Shown here: in pieces, positions 8,171-17,677 of the stretch
Layout: the number at the start of each line of letters is the position of its first letter
Numbering within the stretch: the first letter of the stretch is position 1
Virus record (IMG/VR): IMGVR_UViG_3300008113_000759
Location: 1-31,050 of that record
DNA: 31,050 nt
Origin: a virus
Lineage: Duplodnaviria; Caudoviricetes
Direction: 5' to 3' (one strand)
Notes under the pieces: generated by a model
Database searches by the model: none
Seen by the model: the letters and a program-made list of their open reading frames with translations, nothing else
What the model was told of the DNA's origin: nothing
Program-made: the position numbers and the translations under genes

Positions 8171-8353
8171 ATGGAACTTTTTAAGCCTAGAGGCGCAGCA
8201 GCACCTCGCAAACCTACAGACAATAACCAACAAAATGGCGTTGTTACCAACACTCCCCGTTTTTCACAATTCGGTGGTTTGACTGGCCCCAACAAAATAA
8301 GTAAGTCAGCTATGGCTGTCCAAAAGCCAGCAGACGGCAAGCGTGTAATTTAA
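8171..8353 (+). CDS. Small basic hypothetical protein
   Basis: AAGGA SD; fits exactly between its neighbours. Confidence 0.7.
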   Translation: MELFKPRGAAAPRKPTDNNQQNGVVTNTPRFSQFGGLTGPNKISKSAMAVQKPADGKRVI

Positions 8354-8374
8354 TCGTATAAAGAGGGTAACTTT

Positions 8375-8905
8375 ATGTCACTAGAAAATCTTTCCTTAGA
8401 AGCCCGTGATGAGTTGGCGGCACTTGCTCAAACTCTTGCGGAAAACCCAGAAACTCGCAAAGATTTCTTGCGTATGACTAAGAAGGTTAAACCAGACCTT
8501 CCTATTCCAGAACTTGACATTGAAGACTACACGCACAGAGCGGTCAGCCGTTCTGAAGACCGTGTGCAAGCCTTAGAAGCCAAGTTGCGTGAGAAAGAAG
8601 CAGTTGAAGAACTGCAAAAACGCAGACAGAGTTTGATGAAAAAGGGTTTGATTTCTAATGAGTCAGAAGTCGGTGATGTAGAAAAAATTATGTTGGAGCG
8701 TGGCATCACAAATCACGAAACAGCAGCCGAATACCATCAGTGGATGAAGCAAGCAGCAGTGCCTACTTCAACTGGATATAACCCAAGTGCTGTCAAGCAA
8801 TTTGACTTGAACAAGTATTGGAAGAACCCAGTCGCCGCTGCACGGAACGAGGCAATGAATGCGCTCAATGACTTGCGTAAACCGCAACGTCCTATTGGGT
8901 TGTAA
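8375..8905 (+). CDS. Probable capsid scaffolding protein
   Basis: Charged coiled-coil protein immediately upstream of the capsid gene. Confidence 0.65.
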   Translation: MSLENLSLEARDELAALAQTLAENPETRKDFLRMTKKVKPDLPIPELDIEDYTHRAVSRSEDRVQALEAKLREKEAVEELQKRRQSLMKKGLISNESEVGDVEKIMLERGITNHETAAEYHQWMKQAAVPTSTGYNPSAVKQFDLNKYWKNPVAAARNEAMNALNDLRKPQRPIGL

Positions 8906-8934
8906 GAGGGTAATTTTTTTTCACAGGAGGCCTT

Positions 8935-9936
8935 ATGGCTATTGGCGGCGGCATCCTACCAGCAACAGGGTCAGCACAGTTCAACGAACTGACTTACGTT
9001 ACTCGTAGAGCCTTTATCCCCAAGCTGGTTGTCCAGCTTTATAACTCGACACCCCTCATGGCGGCTCTGATTGCCAACAGTCAGTCTGCTTCTGGTGGTG
9101 TTTCTTCAATAACCGTTCCTGTCCAAGGCGCACAGTTTGTGAACGCTCAATGGTCTGACTACAGTGGCTCTTTTGCCCAACCGTCAGTCCAGCAAGGTGC
9201 TTACAACGCTGAATTCGACCTGAAGCTGATGATTTCTCCCGTGCCGTTCCTCGGTATGGAAGGCGCAGTTCAGCAAGATGCCGCTATTATTCCGTTGATT
9301 GAAGCTCGTATGAACGATGCAACCAACGTGATGATGGATGCAATGGCAACTGCCTTGTACACAAACACAACCAACACACAACAGTTTATCGGTTTACCCG
9401 CTGCTGTTGCTAACTCTGGCACATACGGCAACATTGACCGTTCTGCCTACACTTGGTGGAAGTCTTCACAGTATGCCGCTGGCTCTGTGAACCCAACCCG
9501 TCAAAACATTCTGCAATACATTTCTGGCACAGTGAAAGCTGGTGCTGAAATGCCTAGCTTTGGTGTTTGCGGTTTTGGCACTTGGACACTATTGGCTCAA
9601 GACTTTGTTGGTCAAGAACAATACGTTATCACTCCAGGCGCAGGTTTTGATGGTGAAACCAACGGCCCTGCCGCCGCTTTCCGTGCTTTGATGGTTGCTG
9701 GCGTACCTATCTATCCAGACCCTTACTGCCCTGAAGGTACTGTGTACTTCCTGAACACTAACTACTTGTCTCTGTACATCCATGAGCAAGGTTCGTTTGT
9801 GTTTACAGGCTTTGAGTCCACACTTCCGAACTGGCAAATTGGTTATGTTGGCGCAGTTTTGATGATTGCCGAATTGGTGAACGTCAAGCCTAAGTCAATG
9901 ACCAAGGTGACGGGTTACAACTACCTTTCACTGTAA
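8935..9936 (+). CDS. Major capsid protein
   Basis: 333 aa with strong AGGAGG SD and biased codon use; HK97-like pattern (FIGLPAAV, YGNIDRS, GVPIYPDPYCPEGTVYFLNT). Confidence 0.88.
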   Translation: MAIGGGILPATGSAQFNELTYVTRRAFIPKLVVQLYNSTPLMAALIANSQSASGGVSSITVPVQGAQFVNAQWSDYSGSFAQPSVQQGAYNAEFDLKLMISPVPFLGMEGAVQQDAAIIPLIEARMNDATNVMMDAMATALYTNTTNTQQFIGLPAAVANSGTYGNIDRSAYTWWKSSQYAAGSVNPTRQNILQYISGTVKAGAEMPSFGVCGFGTWTLLAQDFVGQEQYVITPGAGFDGETNGPAAAFRALMVAGVPIYPDPYCPEGTVYFLNTNYLSLYIHEQGSFVFTGFESTLPNWQIGYVGAVLMIAELVNVKPKSMTKVTGYNYLSL

Positions 9937-9948
9937 GGAGAAAAAGTC

Positions 9949-10272
9949 ATGGCTTTAGCAATGAACAAAATCATTCTGGCGAATGCAACCACCAACACTG
10001 CTGGTGCGTACTTCTCCAACGTATCACTGACTGCCGCTAACGCAGGTACTGTGATTCCCGCAGGTACATACCTGGTGTTTCCCGCAGCCAACGTAATTGT
10101 TACTGCAAATAACGGCTCATCCATCGCAACCTTGCTTGCCAATAATACTGGCGGCATGATTTTGTCTGATGGCGTGAACGTGTTTGCACAGTCAATTATT
10201 GCTGGCGCAGGTGCTGCCACTGCTTTGACCATCAATGGTGGTATCAACGCAAACAGCACTTACACAAGCTAA
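9949..10272 (+). CDS. Putative capsid decoration/minor virion protein
   Basis: A/N/T-rich beta-type protein directly after the MCP; AAGGAG SD. Confidence 0.6.
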   Translation: MALAMNKIILANATTNTAGAYFSNVSLTAANAGTVIPAGTYLVFPAANVIVTANNGSSIATLLANNTGGMILSDGVNVFAQSIIAGAGAATALTINGGINANSTYTS

Positions 10273-10281
10273 GGAGACAGT

Positions 10282-10692
10282 ATGAACTCGAATCATGTAG
10301 GTGCACTGTATCCCGATAGTTTTGGTAATATTTTGATTGGACACACCTCTGCTCCCGTAGGTTTGGGAAGCACAGGTAATGCCGTTGCAACTATTCCAAC
10401 AATCGGTACAAACTACATTGTTCGCCGTATTACTGTCCAAAATGCCAATGGAAGTGTTGCCGCTGCCAACGTCACTATCATTAACAGCAATGATGGTGTC
10501 GTAGCAAACGCAGTTTCAAACGCAGTTGTTTTGGCAAATATCACAGCAACGACAAAGTATCAGGATTTAGGGTTGACGGCAAACACTGCCACAACAATCT
10601 ATTCTGGTTCTTTGTTTGTGTGTGTCAATACAGCCGCTGCCGCAAACAACACAGTTGACATCGCAGTGTACGGTGACGTTGTAACACTATGA
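10282..10692 (+). CDS. Putative minor virion protein
   Basis: A/N/T/V-rich; AAGGAG SD. Confidence 0.6.
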   Translation: MNSNHVGALYPDSFGNILIGHTSAPVGLGSTGNAVATIPTIGTNYIVRRITVQNANGSVAAANVTIINSNDGVVANAVSNAVVLANITATTKYQDLGLTANTATTIYSGSLFVCVNTAAAANNTVDIAVYGDVVTL

Positions 10693-11030
10693 CAGACCTT
10701 GTTTATGTAACCAACCATACCGATAAAGACCTGTATGCTGAATACAACTATGTCGGTTATGACTTTCCTATTGGCAAGACAGTTGAGTTGACTGCCCCTG
10801 CTGCTAGGCATATGTTAGGTTATGGAGATGAGGAAAAGGAGAAGTATCTTGTCCAGTTGGGCTTGATACGACTTCACAGCGAACTTGAAGAAGCAACGGA
10901 AAAATTCAAAAGATTACAAATCTCTGAAGAGTATCCACAAAAGAACTGCTCGTTACCCTCGGCAGTTGGCGTAGTACCCTTACGGATTGAGAAATCCGTT
11001 GGGGGAAAGTCCAATCAGAGGGTTGCATAA
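10689..11030 (+). CDS. Hypothetical protein
   Basis: ATGA-coupled ORF between the capsid genes and the adaptor. Confidence 0.7.
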   Translation: MTDLVYVTNHTDKDLYAEYNYVGYDFPIGKTVELTAPAARHMLGYGDEEKEKYLVQLGLIRLHSELEEATEKFKRLQISEEYPQKNCSLPSAVGVVPLRIEKSVGGKSNQRVA

Positions 11031-11042
11031 CATGAAGGTAAC

Positions 11043-11882
11043 ATGGCAACTCTCTCTTCCTACATCACGGAAGTACAGCGTTTATTGCACGATGCAAACT
11101 CTGTCTTCTGGTCTACCTCGGAGCTAACGGACTACATCAACGATGCCCGTGAGCGAGTAGCGAGAGATACTGGGTGCTTACGCACCCTTCAAATTACTGC
11201 CACCCCAATTTCCAACACAGGCGTAGCCGCAACCATATGGACTGCGGGTGCTACCGTTACTGCTGGTGAATTTGTATTTAACAGTATCTTTATCTATGAG
11301 GTAACTGTCAGTGGTGTACTTGGTAGTACAGCACCAGCGTATCCTTCATCTGGCTACACTTTTCCTCCATCTACTCCATTTACAGATGGCACGGCTACCT
11401 TGCAGTATTCTGGCCCTGCGGAAATAATTCCCTATGCCACTATTGCCACAGGCACAACCCTAGACATTCTGAACGTCAATATTTATTGGGGTAACAGTCG
11501 CATCCCTTTGCGATATTTACCCTGGTCAAACTTTAACGCACAGCTTCGCTATTATCAAAACTCTGTTGGCAGACCTATCTGTTTCTCTGTCTATGGTCAA
11601 AACACTATCTATGTAGGCCCTGTTCCAGACCAAGCCTATGTGGTGGAGATAGATAGCACTATCTTGCCTACAGCATTGAGCTTAAACACGTCCAATGTCA
11701 ATGACCAAATACAAGACCCCTACACTACTCCTGTTGCTTTTTATGCGGCTTATAAAGCCAAGTACAAGGAGCAAAGTTATGGAGAAGCGGAGATATACAA
11801 ACAAGAATATGCCAAGCAAGTTCAAGCAGTGTTGAACTCCGTGTACACCCGCAGAATTCCTGACCCCTACAGCTCGTTCTAA
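11043..11882 (+). CDS. Head-tail adaptor (tail tubular A/P22 gp4-like) with an inserted small beta module
   Basis: N-terminal LTDYINDARERVA, central GRP...IYVGPVPD.AY, C-terminal helix pair. Confidence 0.75.
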   Translation: MATLSSYITEVQRLLHDANSVFWSTSELTDYINDARERVARDTGCLRTLQITATPISNTGVAATIWTAGATVTAGEFVFNSIFIYEVTVSGVLGSTAPAYPSSGYTFPPSTPFTDGTATLQYSGPAEIIPYATIATGTTLDILNVNIYWGNSRIPLRYLPWSNFNAQLRYYQNSVGRPICFSVYGQNTIYVGPVPDQAYVVEIDSTILPTALSLNTSNVNDQIQDPYTTPVAFYAAYKAKYKEQSYGEAEIYKQEYAKQVQAVLNSVYTRRIPDPYSSF

Positions 11883-11884
11883 TC

Positions 11885-13879
11885 ATGGCCTCCGCAGAAC
11901 AAAAGAAATCTTATGCTGTTTATAAGAATTTTAAAGGCTTAAATACCAAAGCCAATAGAACAGCTATTGATGAAGAAGAGTTCTCGTGGATAGAAAATGC
12001 CATGCCTATCGGGTTTGGCAACATCAAAATTGTTTCTTCTCAAGTTGCTTTCAAGGATGGCAGCAATAATGCTATATCGTTTGGCAACACAGTCTCTACG
12101 CTTACAAACACCAACCTTGGCTTGTCTGACTATTTGTTGGCCTTTCAAGAAAATGGTCGAGGACAGTATGTTGTCATAGATACAGGCACTGTAGGCAATG
12201 TAGGTGTGACAGGCACATTCTCTTCTGCAAACGTGTCTATCGCCCAGTGGAAAAACGAAGAAGTATTTATTGGTGACCCGAACAAAGGACTGTTTACTTG
12301 GGATAGCACTGACTTACTTAATGTTGGTGGTGTAGGTCAAATAGGACTTACAAATAGGGGTTCAGGCTACACCTCTGCGCCAGCAGTCACTATCTCTGCA
12401 CCTAACCAAACAAACGGAACACAGGCAACGGCTGTTTCCACAATTACTGCAAATGCGGTGTCTTCCATTTCCATTACAGAAGGTGGTAGTGGATATACCG
12501 CTGCACCAACAGTGACCATCACAGGTGGCGGTGGTAGCGGTGCTACTGCTATTGCCGAAATCCTTACATTTACAAAAGGTGCGCTGTTTATACAAGTTAC
12601 TAACAGTGGTTCTGGTTACAACCCTGCTTCTCCCCCTGCTGTTACTATTTCGGGTGGAGGTGGAGCAAATGCCGCTGCTACTGCTCTCGTGTTTGGCAAT
12701 GCAGTAACACAAGTCATCATGTCAAATGTCGGTAACAACTTCACAAGTGTACCTACAGTTACGATAGCTGCTCCCCCGACTCCCACTGGCAATGCAAATG
12801 CTACGGTAATCGGTGTACCTAATCTAGAAGAAATAGCTGCTGTTTCTACGTTTTCTGGTCGTGTGTGGGTGGCTACAGGTCGTACAGTTACCTTTTCCTC
12901 TGCTACCAGCCCGACTGACTTTACTTCTCTTTCTGCGGGTGCAGAGACAATTACAGACTCTACCTTGCGTGGCAACATACAAAACATGGTGTCTGCCAAC
13001 AACTTTCTGTACATTTTTGGAGAAGACAGCATCAACGTTTTTTCTGATGTCAGGATTACAAACACAGGCGATACCCTATTCACAAACACAAACGTGTCTG
13101 CGTCTGTAGGTAGTAAGCTGAAATACGCTGTATTTCCTTACTTCCGTTCTGTGTTGTTTATGAATAACTACGGGGTCTATGCTTTAGTTGGCTCAACAAC
13201 AAGTAAGATTTCTGACCAGCTAGATGGTATTTTCCCTTATATAGACTTCACCAAGCCTGTGACTGCGGGTCAAGTCCTGCTTAACAACATCTTGTGTGCC
13301 GCATTTAACTTCTACTTGAACTCTAGTTTTCCCACCACCACGGGAGACAGGTTTGTACAGTGCGTGTTTTTTGAGAAAAAGTGGTTTGTTACCAGCCAGG
13401 GTGCATTACGGTATGTATCTTCTGCTGCTGTTGGTGGGTTGATTAACCTGTATGGAGTAACAGATACGGCTCTTTTCAAGCTGTACGGGGATGCAACTGC
13501 AAATATCTCTTCTGAGATACAGACATCTTTGTCTCCTATGAAAGACCCTATTCGCACCAAACAAGCATTAAAATTTGGTATTGAGGCAACGCTTACCACG
13601 GGTGGTACGTTTAATGTAACTGTGGATAGTGAAAATGCTTCTAGCCCTGTTTATGTGTTGAACAACACAGTTACATGGTTCAACAATCAAAGCGTCACGC
13701 TTTCTTGGATTAATAATTCTTCGGCGGTTATCGGGTGGTTGACAAGTTCAGGGTACGCCCTGTACAAATCAGACGCACAGCAATACGGTAAGTATTTGGG
13801 GTTGACAATCACTAGCACAGACCCTGCGCTAACTGTCAACACAATTGAGTTTGAACATGAATTAAGAGTGAGGTTCTAA
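11885..13879 (+). CDS. Tail nozzle/DNA stabilisation protein (P22 gp10/T7 gp12-like) with an inserted repeat domain
   Basis: N-terminal FKGLNT...ENAMP, beta-propeller-like repeats, position after the adaptor. Confidence 0.75.
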   Translation: MASAEQKKSYAVYKNFKGLNTKANRTAIDEEEFSWIENAMPIGFGNIKIVSSQVAFKDGSNNAISFGNTVSTLTNTNLGLSDYLLAFQENGRGQYVVIDTGTVGNVGVTGTFSSANVSIAQWKNEEVFIGDPNKGLFTWDSTDLLNVGGVGQIGLTNRGSGYTSAPAVTISAPNQTNGTQATAVSTITANAVSSISITEGGSGYTAAPTVTITGGGGSGATAIAEILTFTKGALFIQVTNSGSGYNPASPPAVTISGGGGANAAATALVFGNAVTQVIMSNVGNNFTSVPTVTIAAPPTPTGNANATVIGVPNLEEIAAVSTFSGRVWVATGRTVTFSSATSPTDFTSLSAGAETITDSTLRGNIQNMVSANNFLYIFGEDSINVFSDVRITNTGDTLFTNTNVSASVGSKLKYAVFPYFRSVLFMNNYGVYALVGSTTSKISDQLDGIFPYIDFTKPVTAGQVLLNNILCAAFNFYLNSSFPTTTGDRFVQCVFFEKKWFVTSQGALRYVSSAAVGGLINLYGVTDTALFKLYGDATANISSEIQTSLSPMKDPIRTKQALKFGIEATLTTGGTFNVTVDSENASSPVYVLNNTVTWFNNQSVTLSWINNSSAVIGWLTSSGYALYKSDAQQYGKYLGLTITSTDPALTVNTIEFEHELRVRF

Positions 13880-13880
13880 C

Positions 13881-14642
13881 ATGGCTGTTCCTAATATTTT
13901 CGGCACTGCGACTGCGGCAATACCGTTATCGCAACTAGATACCAACTTTGCTACTGCAATTACGCTTGGCAATACTGCTCTGTATCTTGGTAATACCACT
14001 ACCAGCCTTGGTAATGTGACACTAACAAACGTCACTATTAGCAGTGGTAATGTGATTATTACTGGTGCAAATGTAACTGGCATTGCAAATATCTCTACAT
14101 TACAAGTAACTTCAAATGTAAGTGTTGGAGGTAATGTTGCTGTTTCAGGAAACATCTCTGCTTTGAATGGGTTTGTCACTATTGGCAATACCACTGTTGG
14201 ACTTGGAAATACAGCAACTTCAATAGGCAACTTGACTGTTACAAACGCTCTGGTAACAGAGATGCGAGAGACAACAACAGTTTCAGCAACAGCCGCCACA
14301 GGAACAATTAACTATGATGCGTTGACTCAAGTTGTTTTGTATTTCACCACCAATGCGTCTGGTAACTTCACGGTCAACTTCAGGGGTTCAAGCGGCATAT
14401 CGTTAAATACGGTTATGTCCACAGGCGAGTCTTTGTCTGCCACCTTTTTGGTAACCAATGGCGCTACTGCTTACTACAACTCCGTTGTCCAAGTAGATGG
14501 CTCTACTGTCACTCCCAAGTGGCAGGGTGGAACTGCACCGACATCAGGCAATGCAAGCTCAATTGATAGCTACACCTATGTAATTATCAAAACAGGAAGC
14601 GCCGCTTTTACCGTGCTGGCTTCTGTAACCAAGTTCGCATAA
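13881..14642 (+). CDS. Tail fibre-like protein
   Basis: N-terminal IPLSQLDTNF attachment motif, T/G/N-rich shaft, C-terminal PKWQGGTAPT..IDSYTY domain. Confidence 0.7.
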   Translation: MAVPNIFGTATAAIPLSQLDTNFATAITLGNTALYLGNTTTSLGNVTLTNVTISSGNVIITGANVTGIANISTLQVTSNVSVGGNVAVSGNISALNGFVTIGNTTVGLGNTATSIGNLTVTNALVTEMRETTTVSATAATGTINYDALTQVVLYFTTNASGNFTVNFRGSSGISLNTVMSTGESLSATFLVTNGATAYYNSVVQVDGSTVTPKWQGGTAPTSGNASSIDSYTYVIIKTGSAAFTVLASVTKFA

Positions 14643-14652
14643 GGACACGCAG

Positions 14653-16986
14653 ATGCCTCGTTTATCCAAAATTGGTGCTGCTGCACTCGCTGCCTTTGGG
14701 TGGACAGGGTTGCAATCTGTTACTGCCACCTACCTTGTGGTTGCTGGTGGTGGTGGTGGTGGAAGATTGCGTGGTGGCGGTGGCGGTGCTGGCGGGTATC
14801 GAACAAGCACATTATCTCTAAACCCAACACTGTCTTACACAGTCACAGTAGGCGCTGGTGGCGCTGGTTCAACAACCAACGCAGCCAAAGGTGTAAATGG
14901 TAGCGATTCTGTTTTTTCTACCATTACATCTACTGGTGGCGGTGGCGGTGCAACTTGCATTGGAACTGCATCATCCCCTATTTTGACTGGAGCAAATGGT
15001 GGTTCTGGTGGTGGCGGTGCGGCTGATGGCGTTACAGGTGCAACCTTTGGTGCTGGTGGCTCAGGCAACACTCCATCCACAAGTCCAAGCCAAGGTAATA
15101 ATGGGGGCTCTGGTATAGGAACTTCAGGTTTTGGTGGTGGTGGTGGTGGTGGCGCTGGCGCTGTGGGGAGTGCTGGATTGACAACTGCTGGCGGCGCTGG
15201 AGGCGCAGGAACTTCAAGTAGTATCAGCGGTACATCTACTCCTTATGCGGGTGGTGGTGGAGGCGGTCATAACGCTACTGGAGGCGCTGGCGGTACTGGA
15301 GGTGGAGGCGCTGGCGCAAGTGGTTCTAATGCGGGTAGTCCCGGTACAGCTAACAGAGGCGGCGGCGGCGGTGGCGATGGCAACCCCGGCACTAACGGCG
15401 GCGCAGGCGGCTCAGGTATTGTCATTATTTCATACACAAGCGCAACACAATTATTTGGTGGTGGAACTGTTACCCAATCAGGCGGTAACTTCATTCACAC
15501 ATTCACGTCTTCTGGCGCACTTAGCCCTTTGTCATCTGTAACAGCAAGTTACTTGGTAGTTGCTGGTGGTGGTGGCGGTGGATATGAGCGTGGCGCTGGC
15601 GGTGGTGCGGGTGGTTTGCTTGCATCTTCGGCATCTATTGACACAAACTCTATTTACACAATTACCGTTGGCGCTGGCGGCGCTGGCGTTTCAAGCTATG
15701 TCACAGCTTCTAACGGTTCAAATTCTGCATTTGGTTCTATTTCAGTATCAACCGGCGGTGGTGGCGCTGCGTCAGGTGATGGTATTACTGTTGGACGAAC
15801 AGCCGCCTCTGGAGGTTCTGGTGGTGGTGGAGGTTATGGCAATCCCGGCCCTACAACTAGTTTTGGTGCGGCTGGAACATCAGGTCAAGGTAACGCTGGT
15901 GGCAATGGTGTTACATACGCAACTGGAGCGGCAGGAGGCGGTGGTGCTGGCGCTGTAGGCAATAATTCTGTAGCAGGAGGCGGTGGTGCTGGAGGTGCTG
16001 GTTCAGCTTCATCTATATCTGGTTCTTCAGTCACTTATGCTGGTGGCGGTGGCGGTGGTGCGGATGGCGGGGCAGGCAAAGCGGGTGGTGCAGGCGGCTC
16101 TGGTGGTGGTGGCGCAGGAGCGGCTTCCGGCACTGGCACAGCGGGCACAGCAAACCTTGGCGGCGGTGGCGGCGGTGGAGGTTTTAACGTTAGTGGCGGT
16201 GCTGGCGGTGCTGGCGGCTCAGGTGTAGTCATCATCTCTTACTCTGGCTCACAAGTATTTACTGGTGGAACAGTCACATCTTCTGGTGGCAACACTATTC
16301 ACACATTTACTTCTAGCGGGTCTTTGACTGGTGGCTATGTCGAGTATCTTGTTGTCGCTGGTGGTGGCGGTGGTGGTGGTGCAAGTGTTAGCGGCACAGG
16401 TGGTGGTGGTGGAGCGGGTGGTTTTTTAACCAACACTACCAATCTAGTAAAAGGCACAACTTACACCATCACAGTTGGCGCTGGTGGTGCTGGCTCTGCA
16501 AACGCGGCTGGCGGCGGCATAACTACTAACGCCAACGCTGGCTCTGGAACTGGTGGACAAGGCAATAACGGCGGCACAGGCTCTACAAGTAATGCGCCAG
16601 CAGGTGGCGGCGGTGGTGCGGGTGCGGCAGGAACAAATGGAACAATAAGCCAAGCTGGAAGTGGTGGGAATGGTTTGCAATCATCCATTACTGGAACTTC
16701 GACTTATTACGCTGGCGGTTCTGCGGGTGGTGCGGCTGGTGCGGCGGCAGGAACAGGTGGTTTAGGTGGTGGTGTAATTGCCCAGACAAGCGCAGCAAAC
16801 AATACTGGTGCTGGCGGTGGTGGCGCAAATGCTGGAGGTACTGGAGGCACTGGTGGTTCAGGTGTTGTTATTCTTTCTGTGCCAACATCCAACTACACAG
16901 GCACAACCACAGGCTCACCAACAGTCACAACCAATGGTTCATACACAGTTCTGACTTACACAAGTTCAGGCACATACACGGCATAA
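14653..16986 (+). CDS. Glycine-rich receptor-binding/adhesin-like protein with three tandem Gly-rich domains
   Basis: Three units, each from YLVVAGGGGGG to GGSG(I/V)VI(I/L)S, joined by GGTVTxSGGNxIHTFTSSG linkers. Confidence 0.8.
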   Translation: MPRLSKIGAAALAAFGWTGLQSVTATYLVVAGGGGGGRLRGGGGGAGGYRTSTLSLNPTLSYTVTVGAGGAGSTTNAAKGVNGSDSVFSTITSTGGGGGATCIGTASSPILTGANGGSGGGGAADGVTGATFGAGGSGNTPSTSPSQGNNGGSGIGTSGFGGGGGGGAGAVGSAGLTTAGGAGGAGTSSSISGTSTPYAGGGGGGHNATGGAGGTGGGGAGASGSNAGSPGTANRGGGGGGDGNPGTNGGAGGSGIVIISYTSATQLFGGGTVTQSGGNFIHTFTSSGALSPLSSVTASYLVVAGGGGGGYERGAGGGAGGLLASSASIDTNSIYTITVGAGGAGVSSYVTASNGSNSAFGSISVSTGGGGAASGDGITVGRTAASGGSGGGGGYGNPGPTTSFGAAGTSGQGNAGGNGVTYATGAAGGGGAGAVGNNSVAGGGGAGGAGSASSISGSSVTYAGGGGGGADGGAGKAGGAGGSGGGGAGAASGTGTAGTANLGGGGGGGGFNVSGGAGGAGGSGVVIISYSGSQVFTGGTVTSSGGNTIHTFTSSGSLTGGYVEYLVVAGGGGGGGASVSGTGGGGGAGGFLTNTTNLVKGTTYTITVGAGGAGSANAAGGGITTNANAGSGTGGQGNNGGTGSTSNAPAGGGGGAGAAGTNGTISQAGSGGNGLQSSITGTSTYYAGGSAGGAAGAAAGTGGLGGGVIAQTSAANNTGAGGGGANAGGTGGTGGSGVVILSVPTSNYTGTTTGSPTVTTNGSYTVLTYTSSGTYTA

Positions 16987-16996
16987 GGAGAAACAA

Positions 16997-17356
16997 ATGT
17001 CACACTTTGCAAAAGTAGAAAACGGAATAGTAGTCAATGTAATTGTTGCTGAACAAGATGTCATTGACTCTGGCATCTTTGGTCATGGATGGGTTCAAAC
17101 CTCATACAACACACATGGCGGTGTTCACGCTAATGGCAACACGCCTTTGCGTAAGAATTACGCTGGCATTGGTTACACCTACGACTCAGAACGTGATGCG
17201 TTCATACCGCCGCAACCGTATCCATCTTGGATTATGAGTGAGGAAACTTGCCTATGGTCTGCGCCGACTCCAATGCCTACTGATGGAAAACTTTACAACT
17301 GGGACGAGCCAACATTGGCATGGATTGAAATGGAAGAGGTGATAAATGGGAATTAA
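16997..17356 (+). CDS. Conserved partner of phage Gly-rich tail proteins (possible chaperone)
   Basis: MSHFAKV...WVQTSYNT...LRKNYAGIGYTYD..RDAFIPPQPYPSW pattern; AAGGAG SD. Confidence 0.75.
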   Translation: MSHFAKVENGIVVNVIVAEQDVIDSGIFGHGWVQTSYNTHGGVHANGNTPLRKNYAGIGYTYDSERDAFIPPQPYPSWIMSEETCLWSAPTPMPTDGKLYNWDEPTLAWIEMEEVINGN

Positions 17357-17675
17357 CGCATTTACAAAAACAGGTAACACGGTAGTCTTTACTGCCGCTA
17401 CATCTGCTCCTACGCCTATACAAGCAGTCTCTACTACGCTTGGTGGTAACCAGTACCGCCTTATTAACAGCGGTTCTGTAACCGTCTTTTTAGGTTACGG
17501 AGATACCTCTGCGGGTGCAACTGCCAACACTGCGGTAATTACCACCACAGGTACATCTATACCTTTATTGGCAGGAACAGATGAAATTCTTACATTTGTT
17601 CCTAACGCTTACTTTACTGGCATCACTGTTAGTGGTAATGCGGCTGTGTACATTACTTGCGGCGATGGAATGTAA
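17346..17675 (+). CDS. Small beta-rich virion protein (paralogue of 26344-26694)
   Basis: Shares NQxRxxN..VF and the C-terminal VYxTxG(D/E)GM with the 26344 ORF. Confidence 0.7.
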   Translation: MGINAFTKTGNTVVFTAATSAPTPIQAVSTTLGGNQYRLINSGSVTVFLGYGDTSAGATANTAVITTTGTSIPLLAGTDEILTFVPNAYFTGITVSGNAAVYITCGDGM

Positions 17676-17677
17676 TC

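Noticed and set aside
8360-8913. Repeated AAGAGGGTAA before and after the scaffold gene
   Set aside because: Only 10 nt, and largely explained as SD-like sequence
9900-9950. Possible T7-like capsid frameshift or read-through extension
   Set aside because: No slippery heptamer near the MCP end; TAA stop, and the next gene has its own strong SD
14700-16892. Many Pro-rich antisense and alternative-frame ORFs over the Gly-rich gene
   Set aside because: They are shadows of GGN codon repeats and have no SD or independent coding signal
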